Assembly: GCA_022813865.1 (NCBI GenBank)
Contig: JALDZX010000062.1
Coordinates: forward strand, 1 to 64,000
Direction of reading: 5' to 3'
Source of the DNA: Xylographa opegraphella
Lineage: Eukaryota
DNA length: 64,000 nt
Shown here: positions 10,737 to 21,400 of the stretch, piece by piece
Numbering within the stretch: the stretch's first letter is position 1
Layout: each line of letters begins with the position of its first letter
Notes under the pieces: model-generated
Database searches by the model: none
Seen by the model: only the letters and a program-made list of their open reading frames with translations
Told to the model about the DNA's origin: nothing
Position numbers and translations under genes: made by a program

Positions 10737-12816
10737 ATGAAGGGTTTTACTTTCCTGCTCGGCACGAGTGTCTTGCTCTGCGGTTATCTCACAGGGGCAG
10801 CTCCAGTGACGGTGAGAGAGTCGGCCACAGAACCGCCACAACTGTGAACAGTGGCTGACTATTATATTAGAAAGCAAGTTCAACTGGCAGCCTTGTGGAA
10901 CGCATTGCTCTGGCAGCATCCCAGGATGTAAGCTCATCCACCGCGGCTGTAACTTCCCCAGAGAGATACTGAAATTTAGCACAATAAGGCTGGTTGTCTG
11001 CCTGTTGGAGCACTAGCAGGTTCCAGCGAGCGGTGTTGCACTCGTATTGCTTATGATGGTGTCTGCCAGCGTGTCGATGAGCTCGAACAGGTAACGCCTC
11101 CTAACCACAAGTCTACCTCATTTTTTATCTGCAATGCTTTGTGGCAGAACAATCATTACTGATCTCTAGAAACCAAGACTGGATGTCTGCCTAGGGGTAC
11201 ATCAACGGGAAACGCAAAGCTGTGTTGCTCTCAATTTACCAAGTCTGGCATCTGCGAACCTGCCCCTAGCTTCGCCGAGAAACGCGACGAGGCATGTGTC
11301 CCATCTTTATGTAGCAAAAATCATGCCGGTGTTGCACTGACCATGTCCAGACCGTTTGTGCAGAAGTCGGTTCCAAGTCCTCTTCGAAGAATAAATGTTG
11401 CTCTGGTTACGCCAATTTAGATGGCACATGCCAGCCTGTCCCAGTGCGTACTTTGGCCGCAGTACCATAGGCTAGTGTTTCCGTTATGCTGACTGGTCTA
11501 GGCTATCTGTGTGCCAAATTATGCGCCAGTATCCGCCACTGAACCAAGTTGCTCCGCTTGGCCCGTCAACGGTATCTGCGACCCCTTTCCGCCATCTGAA
11601 ATCAAACGTGATGAGGTATGCACTGATCGCTTTAACGGGTGGAGCCTGCCAGATCATTGACCGGGTATAGGACGTGTGTGTATCTCTCGGAATGAGGATT
11701 TCTTCGGAGAAATCATGCTGCGCACCATTATCTAACCAAGGTGGCTACTGTCAGCATGTTCCAGTACATGACCCGCCTCGTAAATCGCAAGAAGGCATAC
11801 TGATTATGTCCAGAACCCGTGCATACCGGACGGCTTGCCCCTGTCGTCGTATGCGGAATGTTGTTCCTATTTTCAGTACTTCGGTATCTGCTTACCTCAA
11901 CCTACGAACCCCACTCTTGTAAGATTTCTGAACCATTCAACCACCTTACGGCCGCGGCATGTATCTTATGGCCTAATATTTTTGCAGAAGCTACTTAAGC
12001 GGAATGCCGATCCGGTCGAGACCGGATGCTTGATAGCTGGGCGTCATACCCGTTTCGAGGAGCATTGTTGCTCGGGTAATGCTGAACTCAGCATCTGCCA
12101 GCCTATTTCGGAGCCTTGTGCACCAATTGGCGCTACCAGTGGCCCGAATGGGCCATGTTGTTCTGCTTTCTTTGAACTTGGCGCTTGCCAACCTTATCCT
12201 TCAATTGATTCCAGTGAATCGGTAAGCTACCTGCGCTCCGTTGTGTTAGCTTGTGGTGGTAAATTGTCTTATTTTGGCTGATACGCTGTAGCACAAGAAC
12301 TATAAAGCCTTGAGCCGCATTGCCCTAGGCTTCCAAGAGCCGTGCTCTCCAGGCTCTGCAGACCCTGCATGTACTGGTTTGCTCAATGTACGAGATCATG
12401 AGAACGGCATTCCACCAGCCAATGGTCCAATTCACTGCTCAGTAGAGGGAGGAGAGCACACATGTGGCACTTCGACCGACATCGAGAGCCGCATGGTTTC
12501 ACCATCCCACCCTATGTCACCCGAAGACACTCCCGCGGTAGGACCATGTGCTGAAGGTTCAGCAGATCCTGCTTGTGGTGGCTTGCACGGTGCACCCATT
12601 CTGGAGAATAGATTCTGTCCTTTGCACTCCACGTCTCCCGGCTGCACTCTACCAGGAAAGCTAAACGATGTGATCATCACAGATTCTGAGAATCACAACA
12701 TGATCACAACACCTGCAACCGAAGAGACTTGTCCCTTGGATATGGATGGAAATCCAGATTCCGGGTGCAACGGTGCCGTGCCAATTCCGGTTCATGCTGG
12801 AGGCCAGCAGTTATGA
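10737..12816 (+). CDS. Secreted Cys-rich multi-repeat precursor (~503 aa; Kex2-processed repeat protein-like), 10 exons: 10737-10811, 10871-10927, 10989-11090, 11178-11291, 11351-11443, 11502-11615, 11671-11763, 11814-11918, 11988-12221, 12292-12816
   Basis: Signal-peptide-like MKGFTFLLGTSVLLCGYLTGAAP. Every exon length is a multiple of 3 and the introns have CTRAY-type branch sites. Eight C-x12-CC-x8/9-C repeats (one has SC in place of CC), KR sites (EKRDE, IKRDE, LLKRN) and C-terminal C-x8-C loops. Confidence 0.82.
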
Positions 12817-13012
12817 AAAATCCGAAGGTAATCTTACGTTTCTTCACAAAAATACTCGCTTGATTGGATACTCTAACCCTTCTCTTCACAGCGGGCCAAT
12901 CCTTGAACGCCGAGCGAGCTCGATTAGACAAATTTGCATTCGTATTCAGCCTCAGAATTTTTGGGACTCATATGTTGAATGCGATTCTTGCTTGGAAAGA
13001 TCAAAGGCAAGC

Positions 13013-13075
13013 GGTTTGTAGATATTTAGCTTTGGCTGCAGGTTTGTAGATATTTAGCTTTGGCTGCAGGTTTGT
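13013..13075. repeat. Perfect 28-bp tandem duplication (ggtttgtagatatttagctttggctgca x2 plus a partial copy)
   Basis: Read directly from the sequence. Confidence 0.9.
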
Positions 13076-15304
13076 CTGGCTAGGTAGATACTCATCTGCT
13101 GCTGATACGTAGACCACGAAATGAAAAGTTGAACAAGCTGGATTTGACACAGTGACACTATACGAAAAGGACTTGAAAACATGAGCATTGAGTGCTGGGA
13201 CTGTTCGGCACCAGAACTGGCCAACTAGAATGCTTCCAACGCCGTCCGTAAATACTGGATCCCAAAATTCGATTTTGAGGCAATTAGTCAATTTGGATGA
13301 TCCAGTCCGAACTGGCCAAAAAGTTCAGTATTGGTATTGCAACCAACGCATATTCGTACTACCCAGCGTGCTCGTTCCTCTTGCCCGCATTTTGAATCGT
13401 ATTCCTTTAAGTCGTTGCAAGCTCGAATCAAACCCACATGACCGGAATTCGCGATATCGTTCTCGTAATGGAAAAGCCCGATAAACTAGCTACAAGTGGT
13501 AATCGAGAAATCTTGCAATGGTTGCGCCTTACGAGCTAGTGGCAGACAAAGCTTCGACCGAAACAATCAAGGATCTTTGTTCTACAGAGATATGAAGTAG
13601 AGCGGTATTAAACAGGTTCCAGAATAGGCACGAAACGACGAGCTTGTTTGCAATCAAGTCAAGGATACCACAGCGATTCCCATACTCGCTTTTCAGACAC
13701 TGTTTTTCTGTTGCGATTCTTTCTCCTCGACATGCTCGAGCTTTGTTTCAATTGCTGCGACACGCTGCTTGCATATCCTCAACGGCGCGATGATGACGTC
13801 GAGAGGATTGTCCATCAGGAGTATCCACATCATCCTATCAGGAATGCACTCAACTCTGCCTGGACACACTTGAGCGCGTCGATGATACTTTCATCACATT
13901 AGAAATGATATCGTACAAACTTATTCACGAGCCAGATGGTTTCGAAAGTGATTGGGCTCCAGTGCTTGAATAGATGCTTTACTTGCTCGTCGGAGTAGTC
14001 TGTATTTCAATAACTGGAGGCAACAAATAGGTTGATCACACATAAGACTGGGCTCACTAGTAACGAAGAAGTTCCCTAAGAATCGGCGATACCATGGAAA
14101 GACTTCACTGCGTAGTCACTGAAAATCTTGACCGTAGCACTTAACTTGCCACTTTTAGCTATGATTTGTGACAATCCTCTGGCAGTGCACTTGTTAGCGG
14201 TGGGCAGAGATCATAGTGGTTGCTCACTTGGCTGTTTATTTCCTGTAACGGATGTGCGATTATAGATTCCGAGTGAGCTTCTTTTCATGTGTAAGATCGG
14301 ATGTCGCGAGACGAATTTCTAATCTCGAATTGTACACTCATGGCTTACCGTGTCTCCTGCTAGATAACGACAAACATGAGTAAATGCTGTGGTGTGGTCA
14401 CCTTTGAGATATAGAAGGGTCTTTCGGTTCGGAAAACGCTGTACAGAACGTTATTTCAAGTCCAGTGATAGATATAGAGCACATAGAAGTCAATACAACT
14501 GTCAGAGAACAAGATACAGATATAAATAAGTACACGACGGCCAGCTACGCAATGTAATCTTGACGAAGCCTTTTTTCAAATCGCGTGAAATATTGCTGAG
14601 CTGAAGAATCCTAGCCGCTCAATCGTCCGCCATAAGAAAGTTTAATGGCCCACCTTGGACCTGCTCAACAGCTATTCCGCCAATAGAAGCACGACTATAT
14701 TGAGTAGCTGCTCAATCTGAGCCTGATTTCGGGAGTCCGGTGCCTTTGACATACAGCTGTAGTATGGCCATTGAGGACGCTCGATTGTACTTAATGTCGA
14801 CTTCACCCTCTGTCATCGTGTTCGCCGATGATATTCCCAAACTGATTGGCTCAGAATCCTTAGTAATTCCTTTTTCCGTTCATATTATTGCTTTCTCGTT
14901 TGCGAAGGCCTGAACATTATTCAATGGCGCAGCTTTGCCGCCAGAATTCATTGCTGACCACTTCGTGATCCACTCAGCTTCGTTAAATATTCTTCTAGAA
15001 GAGGATCACAGAACAATTTTGCCAGCTTGAGGGTGCCAATACAATCCGAAAGACCATGTAGGGTACCTAGTCTACAGACGACATTGAAGACATTGTAGCG
15101 GATGAAAGCGTAATTACGATAAGCCGAGGGCTGCCCAGCAAACAGTACAAACACTGGTACAAGGCCCGAGGCCCAATCGAACGATACCGAGAGAGTGAAC
15201 AAGCACGACGCTGATGATCCGGCAGTCATTCCTTTATGATGAATTCACGAGGAGTAAGATTAGAAGGAACAACTCTGTGATATCTGACCAGATCCGAGCG
15301 CCTC

Positions 15305-16537
15305 ATGAATCCTACGATCTCCCTACCCGGTCAACATGGAGGGTCCCAAAACATCGGTGGAGCCACGCTGAATGAGAGGCAACAGGCAATCCGCATGCCC
15401 AGGTTCTTCAAGCGGTACGACAGCATTCATCGAAGCTCTAGCGCTCAGGGCTAGCATATAGAATGGGCCTCTGGCGGTCAAGGCTTTTTCGAAACTAACG
15501 TACATCAGGTTGTTCAAATTCCCACAGATGGACTTCGAGATGGCTGTTTGGGAGATGACCAGCCTTCTCTTTGCGCCGAAGAAAGTCTTCAGATCGATAT
15601 ACTACCAAGTCAGGCACATTGTTTCCCTTCGAATCTTCAAGTAGCTGATGGTTCAATCCAGAAACGTAGAGACTCCCAGTTCTAGGATACTGATACCGCA
15701 AGACTGACAGCCTGCCTACTCAGAAACCAAAAACACCTGGCACCGCCCGGATCCTTCTTTCACTTATCTCCTATCCTTTTTCATGCTCCTGACTGGCCTA
15801 GCCTGGAGCATAGCCACCACGTACTCACCGGCTGGCATCATCCGCCTTACCCTGATCTATGTCTTCGTACACTTCCTCGCGACTTCTTTGCTTGTCGCCA
15901 CAGCTGCCTATTTTTTCGTGGGACGCCTGCTTGGACCAGGTATAGCTGGCCTGCCAGGACGCAGGCGACAGCAGGGGCTGTTAGTGCGGACGGAGGATAG
16001 GGAGCAATTGGAATTCGGGTACTGTTTTGATGTGAGGGCTGTGTGATGAACAGGGAAAGGAGCAGAAGTGCTGTTCAGATTGCTGATACGGATCACAGGT
16101 AGCAATACGAGCGTTCTTCCCAGTGTGGGTACTTCTATATGTGGTCCAGTTTCTCTTCTGGCCTTTGATATCTACGAGATACTGGTCTGTGCAACTTGTT
16201 CTGTGCTCGAACGCTGGGAGTTCACTAATTAATGCCAGGATATCTCTATTGTTTGGGAACACACTATATTTGGCGGCACTTGGGTATTACTTTGTAATCT
16301 CATTCCTTGGTTACAACAGTATGTACAAGATCTCCATTTTCGTAGGTACGCTACCCTCCGCTGATTCATCTCACAGCACTTCCCTTTCTTCACCATACCC
16401 AGTTCCTCCTCTCACCACTATTTGTATGTGGTATTCTGTGGTTCGCATCATTGTTTGGTGTCAACATCCCACATTTGGTCGGTCCGCTGTTCAAACTCGG
16501 AGCTGGATCGCCCGAGATATTACCTGTCACCCAGTAA
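15305..16537 (+). CDS. GMH1: UNC-50/Gmh1 family Golgi membrane protein, multi-exon with a 4-nt micro-exon (15662-15665)
   Basis: Spliced product RMPRFFKR|LFKFPQMDFEMAVWEMTSLLFAPKKVFRSIYYQ|KQ|TKNTWHRPDPSF ... LEFGYCFD|VAIRAFFP ... FLGYN|TLPFL matches the UNC-50 family. Confidence 0.9.
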
Positions 16538-16706
16538 CCTCTATAGTTTGAGCGGGTTTGATTTAGCGAGGCGTCCAGTTAGTGATAACCTAGCCACAAG
16601 CATCAAAAATAAAAATAGTAGCCCAATGTGCTGAGGCAGAGCTTCTATCGATCCACAGTCACACAGCACAATGGTAGTCATGCCCTCCTGTCAAATCGTC
16701 TTCGAC

Positions 16707-17735
16707 TTAGTCCTTCGGGGGAAGAATAAGAACATACTCCCTCGTGCTATCTCCAAACTTCAGCACATCACCACTCATCAACTCCACATACCTCCTCTCC
16801 GGCACTACCTCCCCGTTGACCCTAGTCCCGTTCGCGCTCTCCAAATCCAGCACGTACGGCTTCACATTCCCCATCCTTTCCCCAAACTCATCCTTCTTCT
16901 CCACATACCGGAATTGCACCACCGCGTGCTGCTTGCTGCAGCTCGGGTGCTCCGTCACATAGTCAACCACCGCGCTCTCCCGTCCGAACAACCAGCAACT
17001 GCGCGTATGCAACGGGAGTGTGTCGAGGGTGGCGGTGCCCTTGAAGACGTAGAGGCGCCACCGGGCGGAGACCGGAGGGAGCCGGGCTTCGGGGGGCTCA
17101 TTGTATTTGAGAATGATAGCTGTGTTGGCGACGGTATTGGTTTCCGCGGCGAGCAGGCCGGAGGGCGCGAAGTCTGGTTTTTGCTTTTCGGTCGTAATGA
17201 GTGTGGTCGACGGAGAGGCCTGCTCGCCGTTGTAGGCTGCTTGTTGCGAAGGCAGGGGCGCTCCTGAGCGCCTTGACGGGATGGCTCTGCGTGTTGAGGA
17301 AGTAGAGCGTTCCCTGATTTCGCGGCGGTGCGAGTGAGAACGCCTTCTGCCCCGTCCAGTAGGCGAGTGTGACAGATCACGAAAACGCGGGGTGCCTGAA
17401 AGGAAAGGAGGTGTAGATGGTCGCGAACGTTTCGAGCGGTGTTGTCGGTCTTTGTAGTATGGAATTGGTTGCTTGGGACCCTTGGAGGAGTATGGAGAGG
17501 TGGAGCGTTGGCCGTGGCTATACGGCCTGCGTGGACTACAGGAACGAGAGTTTCCGCTATAGTGGGAACGTGGAGGACGATCATACTGTTTTTGTTCTTG
17601 GGCGTTTTCTCCTCTGCGGTCTCGATCTCGGTAGCTGTCTTGGTCACTCTCACGTTGACGTCGAGCTGTCGCGCGGGAGTATGAACGTTCCCTTTTGTAG
17701 CGATGATTGCGATGGTTCGCTTGTCGGTCCTCCAT
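16707..17735 (-). CDS. PML1: FHA-domain splicing factor Pml1/SNIP1
   Basis: Arg/Ser-rich N-terminus; KPDFAPSGLLAAETN, LKYNEPPEAR, WRLYVFKG, HPSCSKQHAVVQFR, PYVLDLESANGT and FGDSTREY. Confidence 0.92.
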   Translation of the reverse strand: MEDRQANHRNHRYKRERSYSRATARRQRESDQDSYRDRDRRGENAQEQKQYDRPPRSHYSGNSRSCSPRRPYSHGQRSTSPYSSKGPKQPIPYYKDRQHRSKRSRPSTPPFLSGTPRFRDLSHSPTGRGRRRSHSHRREIRERSTSSTRRAIPSRRSGAPLPSQQAAYNGEQASPSTTLITTEKQKPDFAPSGLLAAETNTVANTAIILKYNEPPEARLPPVSARWRLYVFKGTATLDTLPLHTRSCWLFGRESAVVDYVTEHPSCSKQHAVVQFRYVEKKDEFGERMGNVKPYVLDLESANGTRVNGEVVPERRYVELMSGDVLKFGDSTREYVLILPPKD

Positions 17736-18410
17736 GGCCACGAGTAAAGTATTCGTGCCTGGGCAAAAAGATTTGTTTGAGGGTATAGTGCGACTTGTTT
17801 AATGGTGCGGAAGGCTTCCGCAAAGCCCAGAGTCTAATTTAAGAAGCTTAAGGTATATTTCATGTGAATATACTTATTTAATGCGTAGTTCGAGCCGAGC
17901 TCCTTGTCAGTACGGCTATAAGACGACCTCACCAGGCTAGGACAAGGCCTGAGCCCTTGACTTTGTGGCTTTGATCGAAACATGAGGCGTAGGATGTAGG
18001 ATCCTAAAGGAAAGCGAAGTGCTGGTATAAAATGCTTTCAAGTCTTCTCCATTGGGATTCACTACCAAACTGGCGAATTGCTTACGTCTCAGCTGGTCAG
18101 CCGTTCTGCTCGCACCCTTTATTGATTAACCGCGTTGTAAAGTTCCTAATTGTAGGTACATATTGGGTCGGTCGTTCCAATTTTGACAGGCAAGGGTTTC
18201 ACGGCTCTTTGATTTTGTCAATAGGACACATCGTGCTTCTACTTGGGGATAGTAGCACAACTCAACATCATACACAAAAAGATGCTTCTTTTGCCCCTAT
18301 GAATATCCGGTGATGGGTTGTGGAATCATGCGACTTCGAACCGTTCTACACCCATACGCTCCGTACATAAATCCTTTGCTGCGAGTGAATAGTTTGAAAT
18401 CTTCTGTGGA

Positions 18411-21400
18411 CTACGTCGCAATTATGCTATCCTTCCTCTTAAATGACTTACTCCCTCTGCAGTAAGTTTCGACTTCTTCGTCAGTCGGCCATCCTCCCCA
18501 GCCCTCCATTTGCCCAATCAACATGCAGACCCTGTCGATATCACCCTCAGCGGCGTATCCCCGCACAACCTTGTTTTGCTCTTCATTAGCTGCAACAAGC
18601 TTGAACCAGCTTCCATCCATGAATGCACGTGCAGCTATCAAACAACGCCTCATCAGCTCTGGTCCATTCCGAAGCTCGTCCGCAACAGCCTTCAGCTCGG
18701 GTGCGAAATGTACCATCCATAGTATGAGAGCATGAAGTCCATTGTAGTCACGACTCAATCCAAGTGCCCGAATCAAGGCATGTAGCTCCGCTGGCGAAGG
18801 CACTTCCAGTAATCGCGGCAGAAGTATGCTAGGATTAATTGGATTATCCAGCTCTGGCTTGGACCGCAGGCGCTCTGCAGTGCCCTTTCCCAAGTTCTCA
18901 TCGCCCAAGTGAGATAGAGCGAGTCGTTTGAACATAGCCTTTAGCGTGTGCGATCCATGATACAGGACTTCCTCTGCTTCACGCCGACTACAGTTCCAAG
19001 CCTTCAAAGCGCCTTTCGACGAAATATGTGATACTGCCGAATTGCCTTTTGTCATGCGGATTTGTCGACGAGGCTCAGCTAAGATTCGCTCCGCAGCCAC
19101 GAACGCCTTCTCGAAGCCGATGCATATTTTGTGAAAGCCTTCAAAGTCAAGATCTATCCCAGCTGCTTGCATTTGACCCACCACTCGCAACATTGCACCC
19201 CATGTGACAATCCTCTCGCCGTAGATATTTTCAGCGGGATCGTCAAGTCGAAGCCTGACTTTAGAACGCGTCAATGCTGACAGAAGCGAGTACCACGGCG
19301 GTCGATATGACGGTTTGCAAGCGTATACAAGGCGGAATGCTTGCATTAGTGGACTCATTGAATGCGCTGATTGCTCAATGGATGTGACGTAGCCCTTACT
19401 CATATCGACTACATGGCCGAAATCAACAGATCCAAACCGGGATAACAGTCGTATATAGGAGGCGAAGATCAAGTCTGGTATCTGCTTCAAGATTCCCCGC
19501 TTTAGACTGACTGCTGCTTCTTTGCACTCGAGAAGTGTGTTTATGACAATTGGTGACAAATTACTCGACCTCAAGTATTTGAAACCCTCCGACAAGGATT
19601 CCGCATGACTGAGTAGAAAAGCTAAGCAACGTCCTGAGGGCTGAATTCGAGTGGATACCATCATAGCAAAAAAGTCGTCGACGCTAGGTGGTAATGTACG
19701 AATGTATATGCCATCCCTCGGGTCCGTAGGAAGGTCATTAACTTCCTTGCCTTCCCCAGAACGTTCAGCAGTAATACGATCGACAATTGTACAAGATGAC
19801 AGAGTCGCTTTCATCTTTGCTTCTTTCCGGCGACGCTTGACGTCAAAAATGAGTTTCTCAAGCATTGCATAATACACAGCTTGAGACGGAGCGGCCTTTT
19901 GATCTTGATAAGCCAAAAAGCATGCCCAGCTCTCATGAAGAGTCCTCGTGGCTCGGATTCGGGCCGCCCAAATATGGCTCTCAAGTTCGGCATCTTTACG
20001 AGACACGTTTCTGCCGCGCGCACGGTTTTGGCCGGTTAATCTGCTAGGTATTGTACGAGTCTGTATTGTAGGACTTCGGTCGCTATCCCATCCAGAAAGA
20101 ACTTTGGCGGCACCTTCCCAAGACTGGGGTCCATAGCCTGCTTCACTGAATCTTGACAACGACTCGTTCGCACGGCTAATACCTGATTCGATGCCTACAT
20201 CGGCATCAATACCTAGCTTTTCTTCTTTCCATGGTGGCCATGATTTCGCCTTCATTCGAGCCCATTCACGCTCCTGTATGGTCCTCCGATGTGCTAGCTG
20301 TACACGGACTACTGCTCGGTATCCCTCTTTATTTATCGTTAAGGCAGGCTCGAAATCATTCATCCTCGATATGATGTTGAATTGAGCTCGTTGATGGTAA
20401 GGTATCGCCCTGTATGGATGTTGTGATGATGGGAGTGATAGTAAATGTAACACTTTGTTGTATAGAAAGCTGAGACGTGCGGAAGTGATCTCATTGAGGG
20501 TAAGCGGCTCGTGCAAAGACTGGCCGCCTCTGGTAGGGTGGATCTGCGTGGTAATCATTGTACTAATGCTTGTAAATGCTGCTGGCCACAACTTCCGAGC
20601 ATGCCGTAGTAGACGAATGACTATAATTACAATTGTAGTTTCTGACATTTTCTGATATAAATTTGCATTTTCAACTGGTCCCTTGAAACATCTCTTATAC
20701 CGCTGGCTCTGCGGTACTCTTTGTTCGATCAAATCTCGGATAGCCAGTACTTCACGTGAAGATTCAGTTTTGCCTAACCTCTGCCAAGCATGCACAACGA
20801 GAAGTCTCAATGCCTGCGTTGTCATTTGGGTACGACGGAGTACAAATAAGAATACGAACGTTGGTATGTGACTGGCTGTATAAGTTGATAACTCATTACT
20901 CTGACTTGACACTGCGAAAATGCGGAGAGCTACCTCCAAAGACGTTTTAGCAGTGAGAATCCATGCCCATACTTGCACGTCATTCGGGTCGTAGCCCTTG
21001 ATTCGCAGATATGCTATCGTTGTATCATTGAATACCTGCAGGATGACTTCATCTGAAGCGTCTCGCAGATTGATAACGACCTCATCGTCCGAGTCTTGCA
21101 CATAATTAGGATAATGAAGCAGGTCCAGGTATCGGGTCAAGATTAGCTGGAGCGTTAGATGAGGTGCTTTGGTACAATGCACCGGGGGATTTTCGGCGTC
21201 TTTGCTTGAGTATTTTTGGTTGCGACGCGATAGCGTGCTAGAACTCTGCCAGTTCGAGGACAGTGGCGGTGTATGTGTATGATCCAGCTTGTTCTCGTAT
21301 TTTCCAGGAATCGCTGACCTGTACCCGCCCCGTTCCAAGGCTGCTGTTAGGAGGTCTGAAGGGCTTTCAGAGACACCTTTGCTTCTTGTTGTGTTTATCT

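Noticed and set aside
18313..18355. Imperfect inverted repeat resembling a structured RNA
   Set aside because: It is short and has no tRNA cloverleaf or A/B boxes, so it is compatible with chance. The same applies to the hairpin near 49483-49510.
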